Assembly (NCBI RefSeq): GCF_004010195.1
Contig: NC_057719.1
Location: 4,743,708 to 4,807,707 of the forward strand
Reading direction: 5' to 3'
Length of the DNA: 64,000 nt
DNA from: Chiloscyllium plagiosum
Lineage: Eukaryota
Position 1 is the first letter of the stretch; each line of letters starts with the position of its first letter. The position numbers and the translations under genes are program-made. The notes under the pieces were generated by a model. That model saw only the letters and a list, made by a program, of their open reading frames with translations, was not told where the DNA came from and made no database searches. Shown here one piece after another: positions 13,601-25,314 of the stretch.

Positions 13601-14890
13601 AATTACTTGAAATACTGTCTGGGAGGCCAAGTAACAATGGAGATGCCTTACTCCAACTCCTGCTGGCAGATACACCACAGGTGGTACTGCCACTGGAAGA
13701 GTCCATTCTGGTTTTAAACTTTCTGGACACCCTTGCAGTCATCACTGGCAATATCATAATATGGATGCAAGAAGATATGGTGCTCGCAAATTGCTGGTGA
13801 TGATGGGGGAAACAAAAGGGTCATCAAAACAAGAATTGAAACTTTTCTGAACCCAGCAAGACCAGAGCACCCTCGAAGATGTCATTTTATTATGAAGAGC
13901 AAGAGTGATTATGCAGAGCCAAGATTGGCACGAGATACTGGCTGACCACCTCTAGGTTCATCCAGGGGTGTACAAATTGAAGTTATGTCTGGTAGCCAGG
14001 ATTAGATGCAGTCATAACTGCGTTGGTGTGGCAGTGCCCGGAGTACCAGCAAGGACAGAAATCACGACTTGCAGCTCCCCCACATTCGTGGGAATGGCCA
14101 GATAGACCCTGGACTTGGTTATACTTCAACTATGCCAGCCCTTTTATGGTCTCAACGTTGTAAGTCATTGTGGATGCCCACTTAAAGTGCTTGGATATTC
14201 ATAGAGTTCATTCGTCAAATACTGGGATGATGGTAGAAAAGCTGCAAGCATCTTTTGCAATACACTGAAGTGTTGGTCACAGACTGTGGGCCATCATTTA
14301 CCAGCAGCGAATTAAAGTATTTCTTAAAGTTGAATGGCATTTGGCTCCATGCTATCCATCGCCCAAATGTCTGGTAGAAAGAGCAGTCCAGACTTTGAAG
14401 GCAGGCTTAAAGAAACAGCCTGCACCTTCGCTTGATACCAAACTCTTCCGTTTCCTATTTGATTATTGGACAACCCCTCATGCAACTACAGGATAACTCC
14501 TGCAGATTTGCTAATGGGGGAAAGACTCTGCACCAGGTTAAATCTGATCTTCCTGAACCTGGGCCAGACACAGGATTCCTTTAAGTAAAAGAGACAGTTT
14601 ACTTCAGAGGACAAAGGTTGATGCTGAAACCACGAAAATGGCTCTACATGGTTAAAAGACAATGCCGTCGCAAGATCAGGTCTAGTGCCGTACAAAGTTC
14701 GGGGAGGTGAGATGGTCCTGAACAAGCGTATATACCTCATGAAAGCTCCACACTGGCAGAAGGGGTAGGAGCAAAACATACTCAACCCCTCACAACAGCC
14801 AGAAAGGCTGTTGGAACCTGTGGGCTTCCCCCCCACCCCCAACATTGAACAAACCTCAGAGTCTGAAATGTACGTGTTGGATGTCACAAC
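10611..14890 (+). mobile_element. Decayed Ty3/Gypsy (Mag-like) LTR retrotransposon: candidate 5' LTR 10611-10835, then gag-PR-RT-RNaseH-IN; no 3' LTR seen
   Basis: gag RLRRLAEACDFG..LVCGIN (11303-11596). Protease IEVDTG (~11975-11992). RT EWAA..CGDFK (~12465-12535). RNase H DAYPYNIGIVL..PIIYASQTL (13292-13430). Integrase WEWPDRPW, TDCGPSFTS and ERAVQTLK (14088-14400). Many stops and frameshifts. The LTR is called only from TG...CA ends and position. Confidence 0.88.
10972..11147. mobile_element. Small DNA-transposon (Tigger/pogo-like MITE) remnant inside the Gypsy element; related end at ~28399-28465
   Basis: The right end gataatcaaggttcctcta is the reverse complement of tacagaagaacctcaattatcc at ~28401. 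Both copies share a gggagtattt internal motif. Confidence 0.55.
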
Positions 14891-14899
14891 CTCGATACC

Positions 14900-15380
14900 G
14901 TGGTGAGACCATACTTGGAGTGTTCTCTGCAGCCTAGGCCTCCTTATTTGAAGAAGTATGTTCTTACTATGGAGGGAATTCACCAAAGGTTTAATAAACT
15001 GGTTCCTGGGATAGCAGGGCTGACAAGTGAAAAAAGTATAGATTGGTTAAGGCAATATTCACTTACATTGAGAAGAATGAAGGGGGCCAGAGGGGGATTC
15101 TTATAGAAACTTAATGTTCAAATGGGGCTCAATAGGGTAATTTTTGGTAGGATCCTCCTGATGACCAAAAACCAAGGGTCACTGTGTTAAGGTGCAGGAT
15201 AGACCATATGACTCAATTTAAGACTGAGAAGAGAATAAGTTTCTTCATCCAGCAGTTGGTAAGCCTTGGAATTCTCTGCCACAAAAAAAATTGAATGTTT
15301 TCAAGTAGGAGTTAGTTTGTAGGGCCAAAGGGGAATCAAGAGTATAGAGACAAAGCAAGATTAGGGTAATGAGTTTGATG
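14900..15380 (+). mobile_element. Old CR1-type LINE 3' fragment (tail resumes after 16620)
   Basis: VRPYLECSLQ..PYLKKYVLTMEGIHQRF. Confidence 0.75.
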
Positions 15381-15591
15381 CTGAAAATGTGATGCTGGAA
15401 AAGCGCAGCAGGTCAGGCAGCATCCAGGGAACAGGAGAATCGACGTTTCGGGCATAAGCCCTTCTTCAGGAATGAGGAAAGTTTGTCCAGCAGGCTAAGA
15501 TAAAAGGTAGGGAGGAGGGACTTGGGGAACGGGGGTCGGAAATGTGATAGGTGGAAAGAGGTCAAGGTGAGGGTGATAGGTCAGACGGGGG

Positions 15592-16355
15592 NNNNNNNNN
15601 NNNNNNNNNNNNNNNNNNNNNNNNNNNNNNNNNNNNNNNNNNNNNNNNNNNNNNNNNNNNNNNNNNNNNNNNNNNNNNNNNNNNNNNNNNNNNNNNNNNN
15701 NNNNNNNNNNNNNNNNNNNNNNNNNNNNNNNNNNNNNNNNNNNNNNNNNNNNNNNNNNNNNNNNNNNNNNNNNNNNNNNNNNNNNNNNNNNNNNNNNNNN
15801 NNNNNNNNNNNNNNNNNNNNNNNNNNNNNNNNNNNNNNNNNNNNNNNNNNNNNNNNNNNNNNNNNNNNNNNNNNNNNNNNNNNNNNNNNNNNNNNNNNNN
15901 NNNNNNNNNNNNNNNNNNNNNNNNNNNNNNNNNNNNNNNNNNNNNNNNNNNNNNNNNNNNNNNNNNNNNNNNNNNNNNNNNNNNNNNNNNNNNNNNNNNN
16001 NNNNNNNNNNNNNNNNNNNNNNNNNNNNNNNNNNNNNNNNNNNNNNNNNNNNNNNNNNNNNNNNNNNNNNNNNNNNNNNNNNNNNNNNNNNNNNNNNNNN
16101 NNNNNNNNNNNNNNNNNNNNNNNNNNNNNNNNNNNNNNNNNNNNNNNNNNNNNNNNNNNNNNNNNNNNNNNNNNNNNNNNNNNNNNNNNNNNNNNNNNNN
16201 NNNNNNNNNNNNNNNNNNNNNNNNNNNNNNNNNNNNNNNNNNNNNNNNNNNNNNNNNNNNNNNNNNNNNNNNNNNNNNNNNNNNNNNNNNNNNNNNNNNN
16301 NNNNNNNNNNNNNNNNNNNNNNNNNNNNNNNNNNNNNNNNNNNNNNNNNNNNNNN
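15592..16355. other. Assembly gap (764 N)
   Basis: Run of n characters. Confidence 1.
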
Positions 16356-16493
16356 GACCTCTCCGCCCCCCCCCCCGTCTGACCTATCACCCTCACCTTG
16401 ACCTCTTTCCACCTATCACATTTCCGACGCCCCTCCCCCAAGTCTCTCCTCCCTACCTTTTATCTTAGCCTGCTGAACAAATGTTCCTCATTC

Positions 16494-16525
16494 CTGAAGA
16501 AGGGCTTATGCCCGAAACGTCGATT
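16494..16525 (+). ncRNA. Minimal type I hammerhead ribozyme motif in PLE terminus (mirror copy on - strand at 15442-15469)
   Basis: CUGAAGA-A-GGGC(UUAU)GCCC-GAAAC-GUC-GAUU. Core and stem II are intact; stem I is weak. Confidence 0.6.
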
Positions 16526-16889
16526 CTCCTGTTCCCTGGATGCTGCCTGACCTGCTGCGCTTTTCCAGCAACACATTTTCAGCTCTGATCTCCAGCATCT
16601 GCAGACCTCACTTTCTCCTTTAATGAGTTGGATGGTCAGGCAAGATCAGTTTGAATGGGGGAGGCGACCCAAAGGATCTACTACTCATATTTACAACATT
16701 TCTATTCTACAGATGCTAAAAATGTCAAATAAAAACAGAAACTCAGGAGATACTCAGCAGATCTGGCAGTATCTGTGCAGAGAGATTCAAATGAACATCC
16801 CCGGATGCTGCTTTTGTTTAATCATCTTTACACACAATTGGGCCAAGTGTTTTAACAGCTTTTGACTTAAGTTGCTGCTTAACTTAATT

Positions 16890-17440
16890 ATCTTGGTCAG
16901 ACCACATTTGGAATATTACGTTCAGTTTGGGGCACTTTACTTAAAGAAGAGTTAAAGCCATGGCGAGAGTACTAGAATAATACCAGGAATGGCAACTTTT
17001 AGATACAAGGAAAGATTGGAGAAATTGGTTTATTCTCCTTGGAGCAGAGATGGTTAAGAGATAATCTTATTAAGGTGTTCCAAATTATGAAGAATTTTGA
17101 CAGGGTAAAGCATATTTTGGTTCCACTAATTGATGTCTCAGTAACTAGAATTTACAATTTCAAGATCGTCAGCAAGAGAGCCAGGAATGAGATTAGGAGA
17201 AACTTTATTATTCAGAGTTGTTACGATTTAGAATGTGTAGCCTGGGAGAGTGACGGAGGAGAGTTCCATATGAGATTTCAAAAGAGAACTGGATATATGT
17301 TTGAAAATGATGAATTTAGAGCGCTATGAAGACAAGACTGGAGAATGGGACCAGTTAGGTAGCTCTTTTGGGAGCCTGTACAGATGCAATGGGCTCAATG
17401 ACTTCTTTCTGTACAGTAAAAATCTCTGATTCTCTGATCT
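16890..17440 (+). mobile_element. Old CR1-type LINE 3' fragment
   Basis: RPHLEY and LEQRWLRDNLIKVFQIMK motifs. Confidence 0.75.
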
Positions 17441-18817
17441 TGAATAAACATTGTTGTTTTTCCCTTCAACATATCAGTATTTTAGCTATGGTTTTACTCA
17501 TGACATACACATTAACTTAAAGTCTGATACCCTCAAACAATATTCTGACATTAAGATTTAGCTTGTTGAATTATCCAGGCTGACTGGAAATCTTTGAGTG
17601 ATCAGTAAACACCAGTTTGATCCTTGCCCTTTATAAAAAGCACTGATTTTGGCAATCTGTATTACATTTCCAAAATAGCATTAATGAAACAAGGGACTTC
17701 TTTCAGTATCCTAATTGACATTACTCCTCAGACAATACTGCCAGTGAACAAATTATCTGGTCATTCAGTTTGCTGGAAAATAGCTGTTGTCAGCCTGCCA
17801 CAAGGCCATTGTACTTCAGAATAGAGGAGCTATGTGAAGAGCTTTAAAATATTTAAAATATTAGAATGTCATTTGTAAACAAGTTTTTCTAAGTTTGAAT
17901 TCATTCAATAGCCATCACCTTCAGTTGCAGTAGTTAACAATAACTATGACATAAATGGACCAAGCCATGGTTTCCCCAGTTTTGTGTAGCTCAAAATATC
18001 TCCAGATCTAGAAAATCAAGCCAGTTGTACTTGGGTGTTTCTTGCAGATTAAATTGACATAAAATGAAAGTTTTGTACATACGTTGTTGTGATTGATTTA
18101 TTTCCCAGTGATATTGAGAAGGATTGCTGTTTTATTTTCCGAATTTTAAATGCTGTAAGTCTTGTCTGGTTTTGCAGGTTGCAGTGAAGATGAAACATAA
18201 AAAGTGCAGCAAAAATGTCACTGGCTATCTTCACACTATGTAGCCCGACAACTTGACCAAAACTGCTGTCTTCCCCTTTTCCTCTGTCGAATGCCTCAAA
18301 GCACTTTCTCGCAATGAGTTATATTGTGTCAGCATTGGGACTTCAGTCGAACTTTGCTGTGCAAGCTGTAACTAAAAATGAATGCAGTTGTCATGAGCAA
18401 GTGTCATTGTGAACAGCAATTTAATATTGTGCCACAGTTTGTATAATCAACCTTTTAGACAATTGTTACGGATTACTGTATCCATCTGAATAAATGTGCA
18501 TGATGTCAATTTTACCTAGTCATTTAAAGATTATTTCATGGGGTATTGTGTTGATGAGCTGCCACTTTGAACTGCTGCAGTCTGCATAATGAAGGTATAC
18601 TATGGTATAAGGTAGAAGAGAACTTGAAGGTGATGGCAATCCTATGTGCCTTCTGCCCTTTTCTTTCTAGGTTTGGAAGTTATTATCAAAAGTGCCTTAG
18701 CTGCCATACAGGTGAGAATGGTAAATTAGTTTAATCATAGTCAAAGTATATTTTTTGCCCTTATCTAATTATCCTAAGAAAATTGAGTCAGCTGCGTGTG
18801 GGAGGGGTGGGGGCAAT

Positions 18818-19108
18818 GGGCGCAGCATGGTGACTCAGTGGTTAGCACTGCTGCCTCACAGCGCCAAGGACCCAGGTTCGATTCCAGACATGGGGGACTG
18901 TCTGCGTGAAGTTTGCACATTCTCCCCATGTCTACGTGGGTTTTCTCCAGTTGCTCTGGTTTCCTCCCACAGTCCAAAGGTGTGCAGGTTAAGTGAATTG
19001 GTCAGGGGAAATGTAGAATGAGTTTGGGTGGGATACTCTTCAGAGGGTCAGTGTGGACTTGTTGGATCATATGGCCTGTTTCCACATGTAAGAATTCTAT
19101 GATTCTAT
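18818..19108 (+). mobile_element. HE1-type V-SINE
   Basis: tRNA-like A/B boxes (tgactcagtgg, ggttcgattcc), V-domain gtttgcacattctcccc..gggttttctcc, and LINE-like tail. Confidence 0.88.
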
Positions 19109-19360
19109 AATGTGAGGCTAGTCTGAAAAGTCGTTAAGTAAACCAGTTAGATTTTGACAAACATTCAGCAACTTGTGTGATGATTGTTGTTTCTTTATAC
19201 TAGCTGCTTTCAAATTTGCCAGATTTATTAACTTTGACTTAATTTTCAGTTTGCATCATAAAGATAGCTAGCAGTATCAAAACTGCTATGCCCATTGGTT
19301 TACAAATGGGCTTAGCTATATTTCTAAAGGAATTTAAAAGGAACATGAGTACAACTGACT

Positions 19361-19460
19361 AGGTAAAAACAATGACTGCAGATGCTGGAAACCAGATTCT
19401 GGATTAGTGGTGCTGGAAGAGCACAGCAGTTCAGGCAGCATCTGAGGAGCAGTAAAATCG
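19361..19460 (-). mobile_element. PLE terminal fragment, same family as 25061-25314; similar fragments at ~5647-5737 and ~45043-45157
   Basis: aggtaaaaacaatgactgcagatgctggaaaccagattctgg...; gactag occurs at both junctions. Confidence 0.75.
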
Positions 19461-19899
19461 ACTAGTGACCAAGTCTCTCTCTCTCTCTAACACAGTTTAT
19501 AACTTTGAAAGTGTCAATCTGTTTTTGTTCACAACTTTGATTACTGGTCATGACTTAGTGTTATTGAGCTGGTGTACTAACAAATAATTTAGTCATACAG
19601 TAATGCAGAAAAAATGAAGAAATTTCAGTGACACTCTCACCCCTATCCTCAAAGCTGATATGGGCCATTCGGCAAGGATCTTTAACCAGGATGTTATGTG
19701 GGTTCTTTGATCACCCACTTTGACCATTTGCTTGCTTACTTCAAATTAACATTTATCTAGGACTTTTGTGCATTTGTTTAAACTGGTGTTAGCATTTCAC
19801 ACAGCACTTCAAACAAAAATCACCAATTCATTGATTTGCACATGTCAACTTGTGTATTTTATAAGCTTTATCTTGGATCTTTTGTTTTCAATCCTTCAG

Positions 19900-19977
19900 G
19901 AAGATGAGAAGTTCCTAACAGAACTTTTTGCACAGTTAACGGATGATGCCACAGATGACGATAAGAGACAGGAACTG
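19900..19977 (+). CDS. ppp4r3a: ppp4r3a exon (approx. 5), 78 bp, phase 0/0
   Basis: ccttcag|GAA GAT GAG ... GAA CTG|gtaaga. Encodes [26 protein letters not shown]. Confidence 0.96.
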
Positions 19978-20680
19978 GTAAGAGTGGGTATAACTGAGAT
20001 ATGTGCACACTGCTGAAGATATGAACAGGGGGGTTCATAGTAGCCACTAATTTCATTTTAGACTGGTGCTTAAACCTTAAGGCTAAAATCTGATGGTGCA
20101 ACTAATGTACAGAGCAGAGCTGTCACTGTTTTTGGAAGTAAAAATTATTTTTGCAAACTGAGATGCCTTACATAGAGAGGTCTAGCTTCTGTATCTTACA
20201 TTTATGCATCCCTTGAGCAGTGAATTTTTATTTTGTACAATCATTAAGAAAAGGTACTTGGGGTGACTGTAAGTATTTCAGCACATCCCTGAGTAGATTT
20301 GGTGCTCCATTGATCTCGAAACCTTCATTCACAACATGATCGATTTATGTGGAAGAAACTGAATGAAAAATGATAGAATGATTTTTGGAAGCAGGAAAAT
20401 GCCAACATTCATAGGATAAACAAGAAGGTCCTAATCAAAGCATGTTGCAGAGTCTAAAGTTCTTTCTCTTGTCATTTGGAGAAAAACCAGGGCTTCATTT
20501 GACAGGAACTGAGAATAATATTTTTGAAATTTCATGCTACGCATCTGAGGACCCACAGTGAAATTATGATTGTAGTACTCAAAAGAGAACTTATTGAGCA
20601 TCGTCAGTCTAATGATTAGTGGAATCGATATTATGAATTGGTTTAACTCACTCCCAAATATAATTTTGCTTTCATTTCAG

Positions 20681-20797
20681 GTGAATTTTCTGAAAGAATT
20701 TTGTGCATTTTCTCAAACTTTACAACCTCAGAACAGGGACTCTTTTTTCAAGACTTTGTCAAATATGGGTATACTGCCAGCTCTTGAGGTCATTTTG
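20681..20797 (+). CDS. ppp4r3a: ppp4r3a exon (approx. 6), 117 bp, phase 0/0
   Basis: atttcag|GTG AAT ... ATT TTG|gtaagt. Encodes [39 protein letters not shown]. Confidence 0.96.
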
Positions 20798-21451
20798 GTA
20801 AGTTAATTTTAAAAAATGTAAATTAGACAGGACATAATTTCAAAGGAAATTAAAGCCCTTTAGTACCTCATCAAAATTAGCATTTTTCATGTGAACCTAA
20901 TAGTGTGTGATTTCCTTAAACAGAAACATTTTTAGCAAAGATTACTGGATAACAATGAAAAGACAAATTAAATGCCTCTTTTCCCTCTGTCCAGCATAGC
21001 ACGACTGTGTTGTAGACTACATCCATCAAATGGATCAAATTGAAGGATTAAGCTTGAATCCTCTCTGACTGCTTCCAGTGACTCCCCTAATCCCCCTTTT
21101 CAGTGTTGCAGTTATCCAAAGCTTGGTTGCCTTGAATTAAAATTTATCGAGAATTTTTTGCATTTATTCAGTCTGATATTAGCATTTCATGCAAGGCTTC
21201 CTAACAGAAGCTTGTTTTGTAATAAACATGTTAATCTTGACAGTATATGTTTTAACGAATACTTTGCTAATGCATGCACATATGTTCTACTTGGTTAGAG
21301 CAGCATGAGATAGGGATAGATTGTATGTCTTTCATTTATGTTGCTATTTTAAACTTTTTTAACTTCTGAAATGCATGACCCATCAACTTATAATAGCCAA
21401 GCTATTTTGCTTAATATGATGGTATTACACACCTCTGGTGTAGCGGGGCTT

Positions 21452-23828
21452 GAACAAAGAACAAAGAAAATTTACAGCCCAGGAACAGGCTCTTCGGCCC
21501 TCCAAGCCTGAGCCGATCCAAATCAACTGTCTAAATCTGTCGCCCAATTCCTAAGCATGTGTATCCCTCTGCTCCCCACTTACTCATGCATCTGTCCAGA
21601 TGCATCTTAAATGAATCTACCGTGCCTGTCTCTACCACCTCTGCTGGCGACGAGTTCCAAGCACCCACCACCCTCTGTGTGTAGTACTTGCCGAGTGTAT
21701 CCTCCTTAAACTTTCCACCTCTCACCTTGAAAGAATGACCTCTTGTTATTGAATCCTTCACCCTGGGAAAAAGCTTGTCTCTATCCACCCTGTCTATACC
21801 CTTCATGATTTTGTAAACCTACCCCCTCAATTTCCTTTTTTGTAATGAAAATAAACCTAACCTACTCGACCTTTCTTCATAGCGAGCACCTTCCATACCA
21901 GGCAACATCCTCTTAAACCTTCTCTGCATCCGCTCCAAAGCGTCCACATCCTTTTGGTAATATGGCGACCAGAACTGTACACAGTATTCTAAATGCGGCC
22001 AAACCAGTGTCTTGTACAATGTTAATATGACTTGCCTGCTCTTATACTCAATACCCTGTCCAATGAAGGCAAGCATACTATATGCCGCCTTGACTACTCT
22101 ATCCACCTGTGCAGCAAACTTCAGGGTACAATGGACCTGCACTCCCAGATTTCTCTGCCCATCAACTTTTCCCAAGGCTCTTTCATTCATTGTATAATTT
22201 GCTCTAGAATTAGTCTTGCCTAAATCACCTCTCATTTGTCTGGACTGAAAACCATCTGCTACTTTTCCGCCCAACTCTCCAGTCTATGTATATCCTGTAT
22301 TCTCTGACAGTCCCTTATGCTTTCTGCTACTCCACCAATCTTTGTGTCATCTGCAAACTTGCTGATCATACCAACAGTGCCCTCTTCCAGATCATTTATG
22401 TATATTACAAACAACAGTGGCCCCAACACTGACCCCTGTGGAACACCACTGGTCACCTTTCTCCATTTTGAGAAACTCCCTTCAACTACTATTCTCTGTC
22501 TCCTGTTGCTCAACCAGTTCTTTATCCACCTAGTGAGAACACCCTGCACACCATGTGACTTCGCTTTCTCCATTAGTCTACAATGGGGAACCTTATCAAA
22601 CGCCTTACTAAAGTCCATGTATATGACATCAACAGCCCTTCCTTCATCTATCAACTTGGTCACTTCCTTGAAGAATTCTATTAAGTTGGTAAAACACGAT
22701 CTCCCCCGCACAAAACTATGTTGCCTATCACTGATAAGCCCATTCTTTTCTAAATATAAATAGATCCTATCCCTCAGTACCTTCTCCAGCAACTTTCCTA
22801 CCACTGACGTCAGGCTCTCTGCTCTGTAATTACCCAGAATATCCCAACTACCCTTCTTGTACAGGGGAGCAACGCTCCAGTCCTCCGGCACCTCACCTAT
22901 ATTTATTTTGCCACAACGATATCTGTCAGGGCCCCAGCTATTTCCTCTCTCGCCTCCCTCAGCAACCTGGGATAGATCCAATCCGGTCCTGGGGATTTGT
23001 CCACCTTGATAACCTCTAGCCTACCCAACACATCTTCCCTACTTATGTTAACATGATCCAGACTAATCAAACTTTTATTTCTAATCTCAACATTCATCAT
23101 GTCCCTCTCCTCAGTGAACACTGATGCAAAGTAATCATTTAGAATCTCACCCATTTGCTCAGGTTCGACACACAGCCTTACTTCTTTATCCTTTAGTGGA
23201 CCAATCCTTTCTCTAGTTACCCGCTTGCTTCTTATATAAGAATAAAATGCTTTGGGATCTCCTTAATTCTACTTGCTAAAGCTACTTCATGACCCCTTTT
23301 AACCCGTTTGATTCCTTGTTTAAGACTTGTCCTACTCTTCCGATATTCCTCCAGGGCCCGTTCTGTTCTTAGCTGCCAAGACCTTATTTACGCTTCTCTT
23401 TTCCTCTTGGCTAGTCGTACCGTTTCTCCTGTCATCCACGGTTCACAAATCTTCCCCTTCCTATCCTTTGCCTTCAACAGGGCATGCCATCCTGCACAAT
23501 CTTTAACCTATCTTTGAAAGACTCCCACATATCAAATGTCGACTTCCCTTCAAATAGCTGTGTTTAATCCACATTTCCGAGCTCCTCGCAATTTTGAAAT
23601 AATTGGCCTTGGCCCAGTTTCGCACGGTTCCCTTAGGACCACTCTCTTCTTTATCTGCGAGTATTCTAAAACTTACAGAATTGTGGTCACTGTTCCCAAA
23701 GAAATCCCCCACCGCAACTTCTACCACCTGTCCTGGCTCGTTCCCCAATACCAGGTCCAATATGGCCCCTTCCCTCGTCGGACTATTGACTTACTGCTCT
23801 AGAAAACTCTCCTGGACGCTTCTTACAA
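21452..23828 (-). mobile_element. CR1-type LINE, ~2.4 kb of ORF2 plus 3' end, frameshifted
   Basis: DLVLGNEPGQV..GNSDHNSV, KSPGPD, GVPQGSVLGPLLFVIYINDL, KFADDTK. Confidence 0.93.
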
Positions 23829-23829
23829 A

Positions 23830-24790
23830 ACTGAGAGTCATAGAGTCCTATAGCACGGAGACCGGCCCTTCAGCCCAAACTTGCCTATGCAGACCAAAGT
23901 ATCCATCCACGCTAATCCCATTTTCCTGCACTTGGCACATATCCTTCTAAACCTTTTCTATCCATGTATTTGTCCAAACACCTTTTAAATGTTGTTAATG
24001 TACCCTCTTCAACCACTTCCACTGGCAGCTCATTCCATATGCATACCATCCTCTGTGTAAAAACATTTGTCCCTCGGGTTTCCTTTTATTCTTTCCCCTC
24101 TTACCTTAAAATGTTGCCCTCTAGTCCTCGATTCCCCAATCCTGGGAAAACTGAGTGCATTCATCCTGTCCATGCCTCTCATGAACTTGTACATTTCTGT
24201 ACAAGTCTCCTACGCTTTAAAGAAAAAGTCCTATCTTGTCCAACCTCTTACTATAAATCAGACCCTTAAGTCCTGGCGGCATCCTTGTAATTTTTTTCTG
24301 CAACCTTTCCAGTTTAATAACATCCTTCCTATAGCAAGGAGAACAAAACTGAACGCAATGCTCCAAATGTGGCCTCACCAATGTCCTGTATAACTGCAGC
24401 ATAACTTCACGACTTCTACACTGAATGCCCTGACTGATGAAGGCCACTGTGCCAAAAGCCTTTTTCACTGCCCTATCTACCTATGATTCCACTTTCGGAG
24501 AACTGTGCACCTGAACTCCTTCAGACCCTACCATTCACCATGAAACTCCTACCTTGACTTGGCTTTTTAAAATGCAAGATCTCACACTTATCTATATTAA
24601 ACTCCTTTTGCCATTTCTCACCTAACTTCCCCAGTACTGCCTGTTTTAGTGTCATCTGCAAACTTACTAATGATGCCTTGTACGTTATCATCCAAATCAT
24701 GGATATAGATAACCCAGTATCAACCCCTGAGGCACACCCCTCGTCACAGGCCTCTCATCGATAAGGATCCTTCCACTATTACCCTTTACA
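23830..24790 (-). mobile_element. CR1-type LINE 3' fragment
   Basis: LYRTLVRPHLEHCVQF and a ctctatgactct tail. Confidence 0.85.
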
Positions 24791-25060
24791 ATGAGTCCTA
24801 TTGAATGATTACATGGTTCGTGAGGTAGAAGAGACTGTGTTTTACGCTGAAAAACACTTTTAAAATGTGTTCATGTCAGTGGATGCCACTGGTTAGGAAA
24901 GCATTTATTGCTCATCTGTAATTACCCAGAGAGCAACCATATTACTATGGGTTTGGAGTCACATGTAGATTAGATCAGGAAAAGATGGTAAATTTCCTTC
25001 AATAGAGAACTATAGTACATTACATGGGTTTTTATGACAGTTGACAGCGATTACTTAATC

Positions 25061-25314
25061 AGGTAAAAACAATGACTACAGATGCTGGAAACCAGATTCT
25101 GGATCAGTGGTGCTGGAAGAGCACAGCAATTCAGGCAGCATCTGAGGACAGGCAAAATCGACATTTCGGGCAAAAGCCCTTCATCAGGAATAAAGGCACA
25201 CTTCAGGCTCTGTGCCTTTATTCCTGATGAAGGGCTTTTGCCTGAAACGTCGATTTTGCCTGTCCTCGGATGCTGCCTGAATTGCTGTGCTCTTCCAGCA
25301 CCACTGATCCAGAA
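25061..25314. mobile_element. Palindromic non-autonomous PLE-derived insertion inside a SINE
   Basis: 104-bp inverted arms 25097-25200 and 25211-25314 with 3 mismatches and a 10-nt loop. Duplication agcgattact(t/a)aat at 25046-25059 and 25314-25327. Confidence 0.85.
25224..25255 (+). ncRNA. Minimal hammerhead ribozyme motif
   Basis: CUGAUGA-A-GGGC(UUUU)GCCU-GAAAC-GUC-GAUU. Confidence 0.58.

Larger units (their letters stand above)
15381..16620. mobile_element. Penelope-like element with inverted terminal repeats spanning the assembly gap
   Basis: 15380-15591 is the reverse complement of ~16373-16583. Terminus matches the RT/GIY-YIG-bearing element at 38561-40460. Flanking duplication taatgagtt(t/g)gatg at 15367-15380 and 16621-16634. 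Confidence 0.82.

Noticed and set aside
15495..16468. Four long ORFs of 286-305 aa
   Set aside because: Artefacts of translating through the N gap.
18175..18260. Possible cryptic exon after ttttgcag
   Set aside because: No convincing downstream donor and no homology to the protein.
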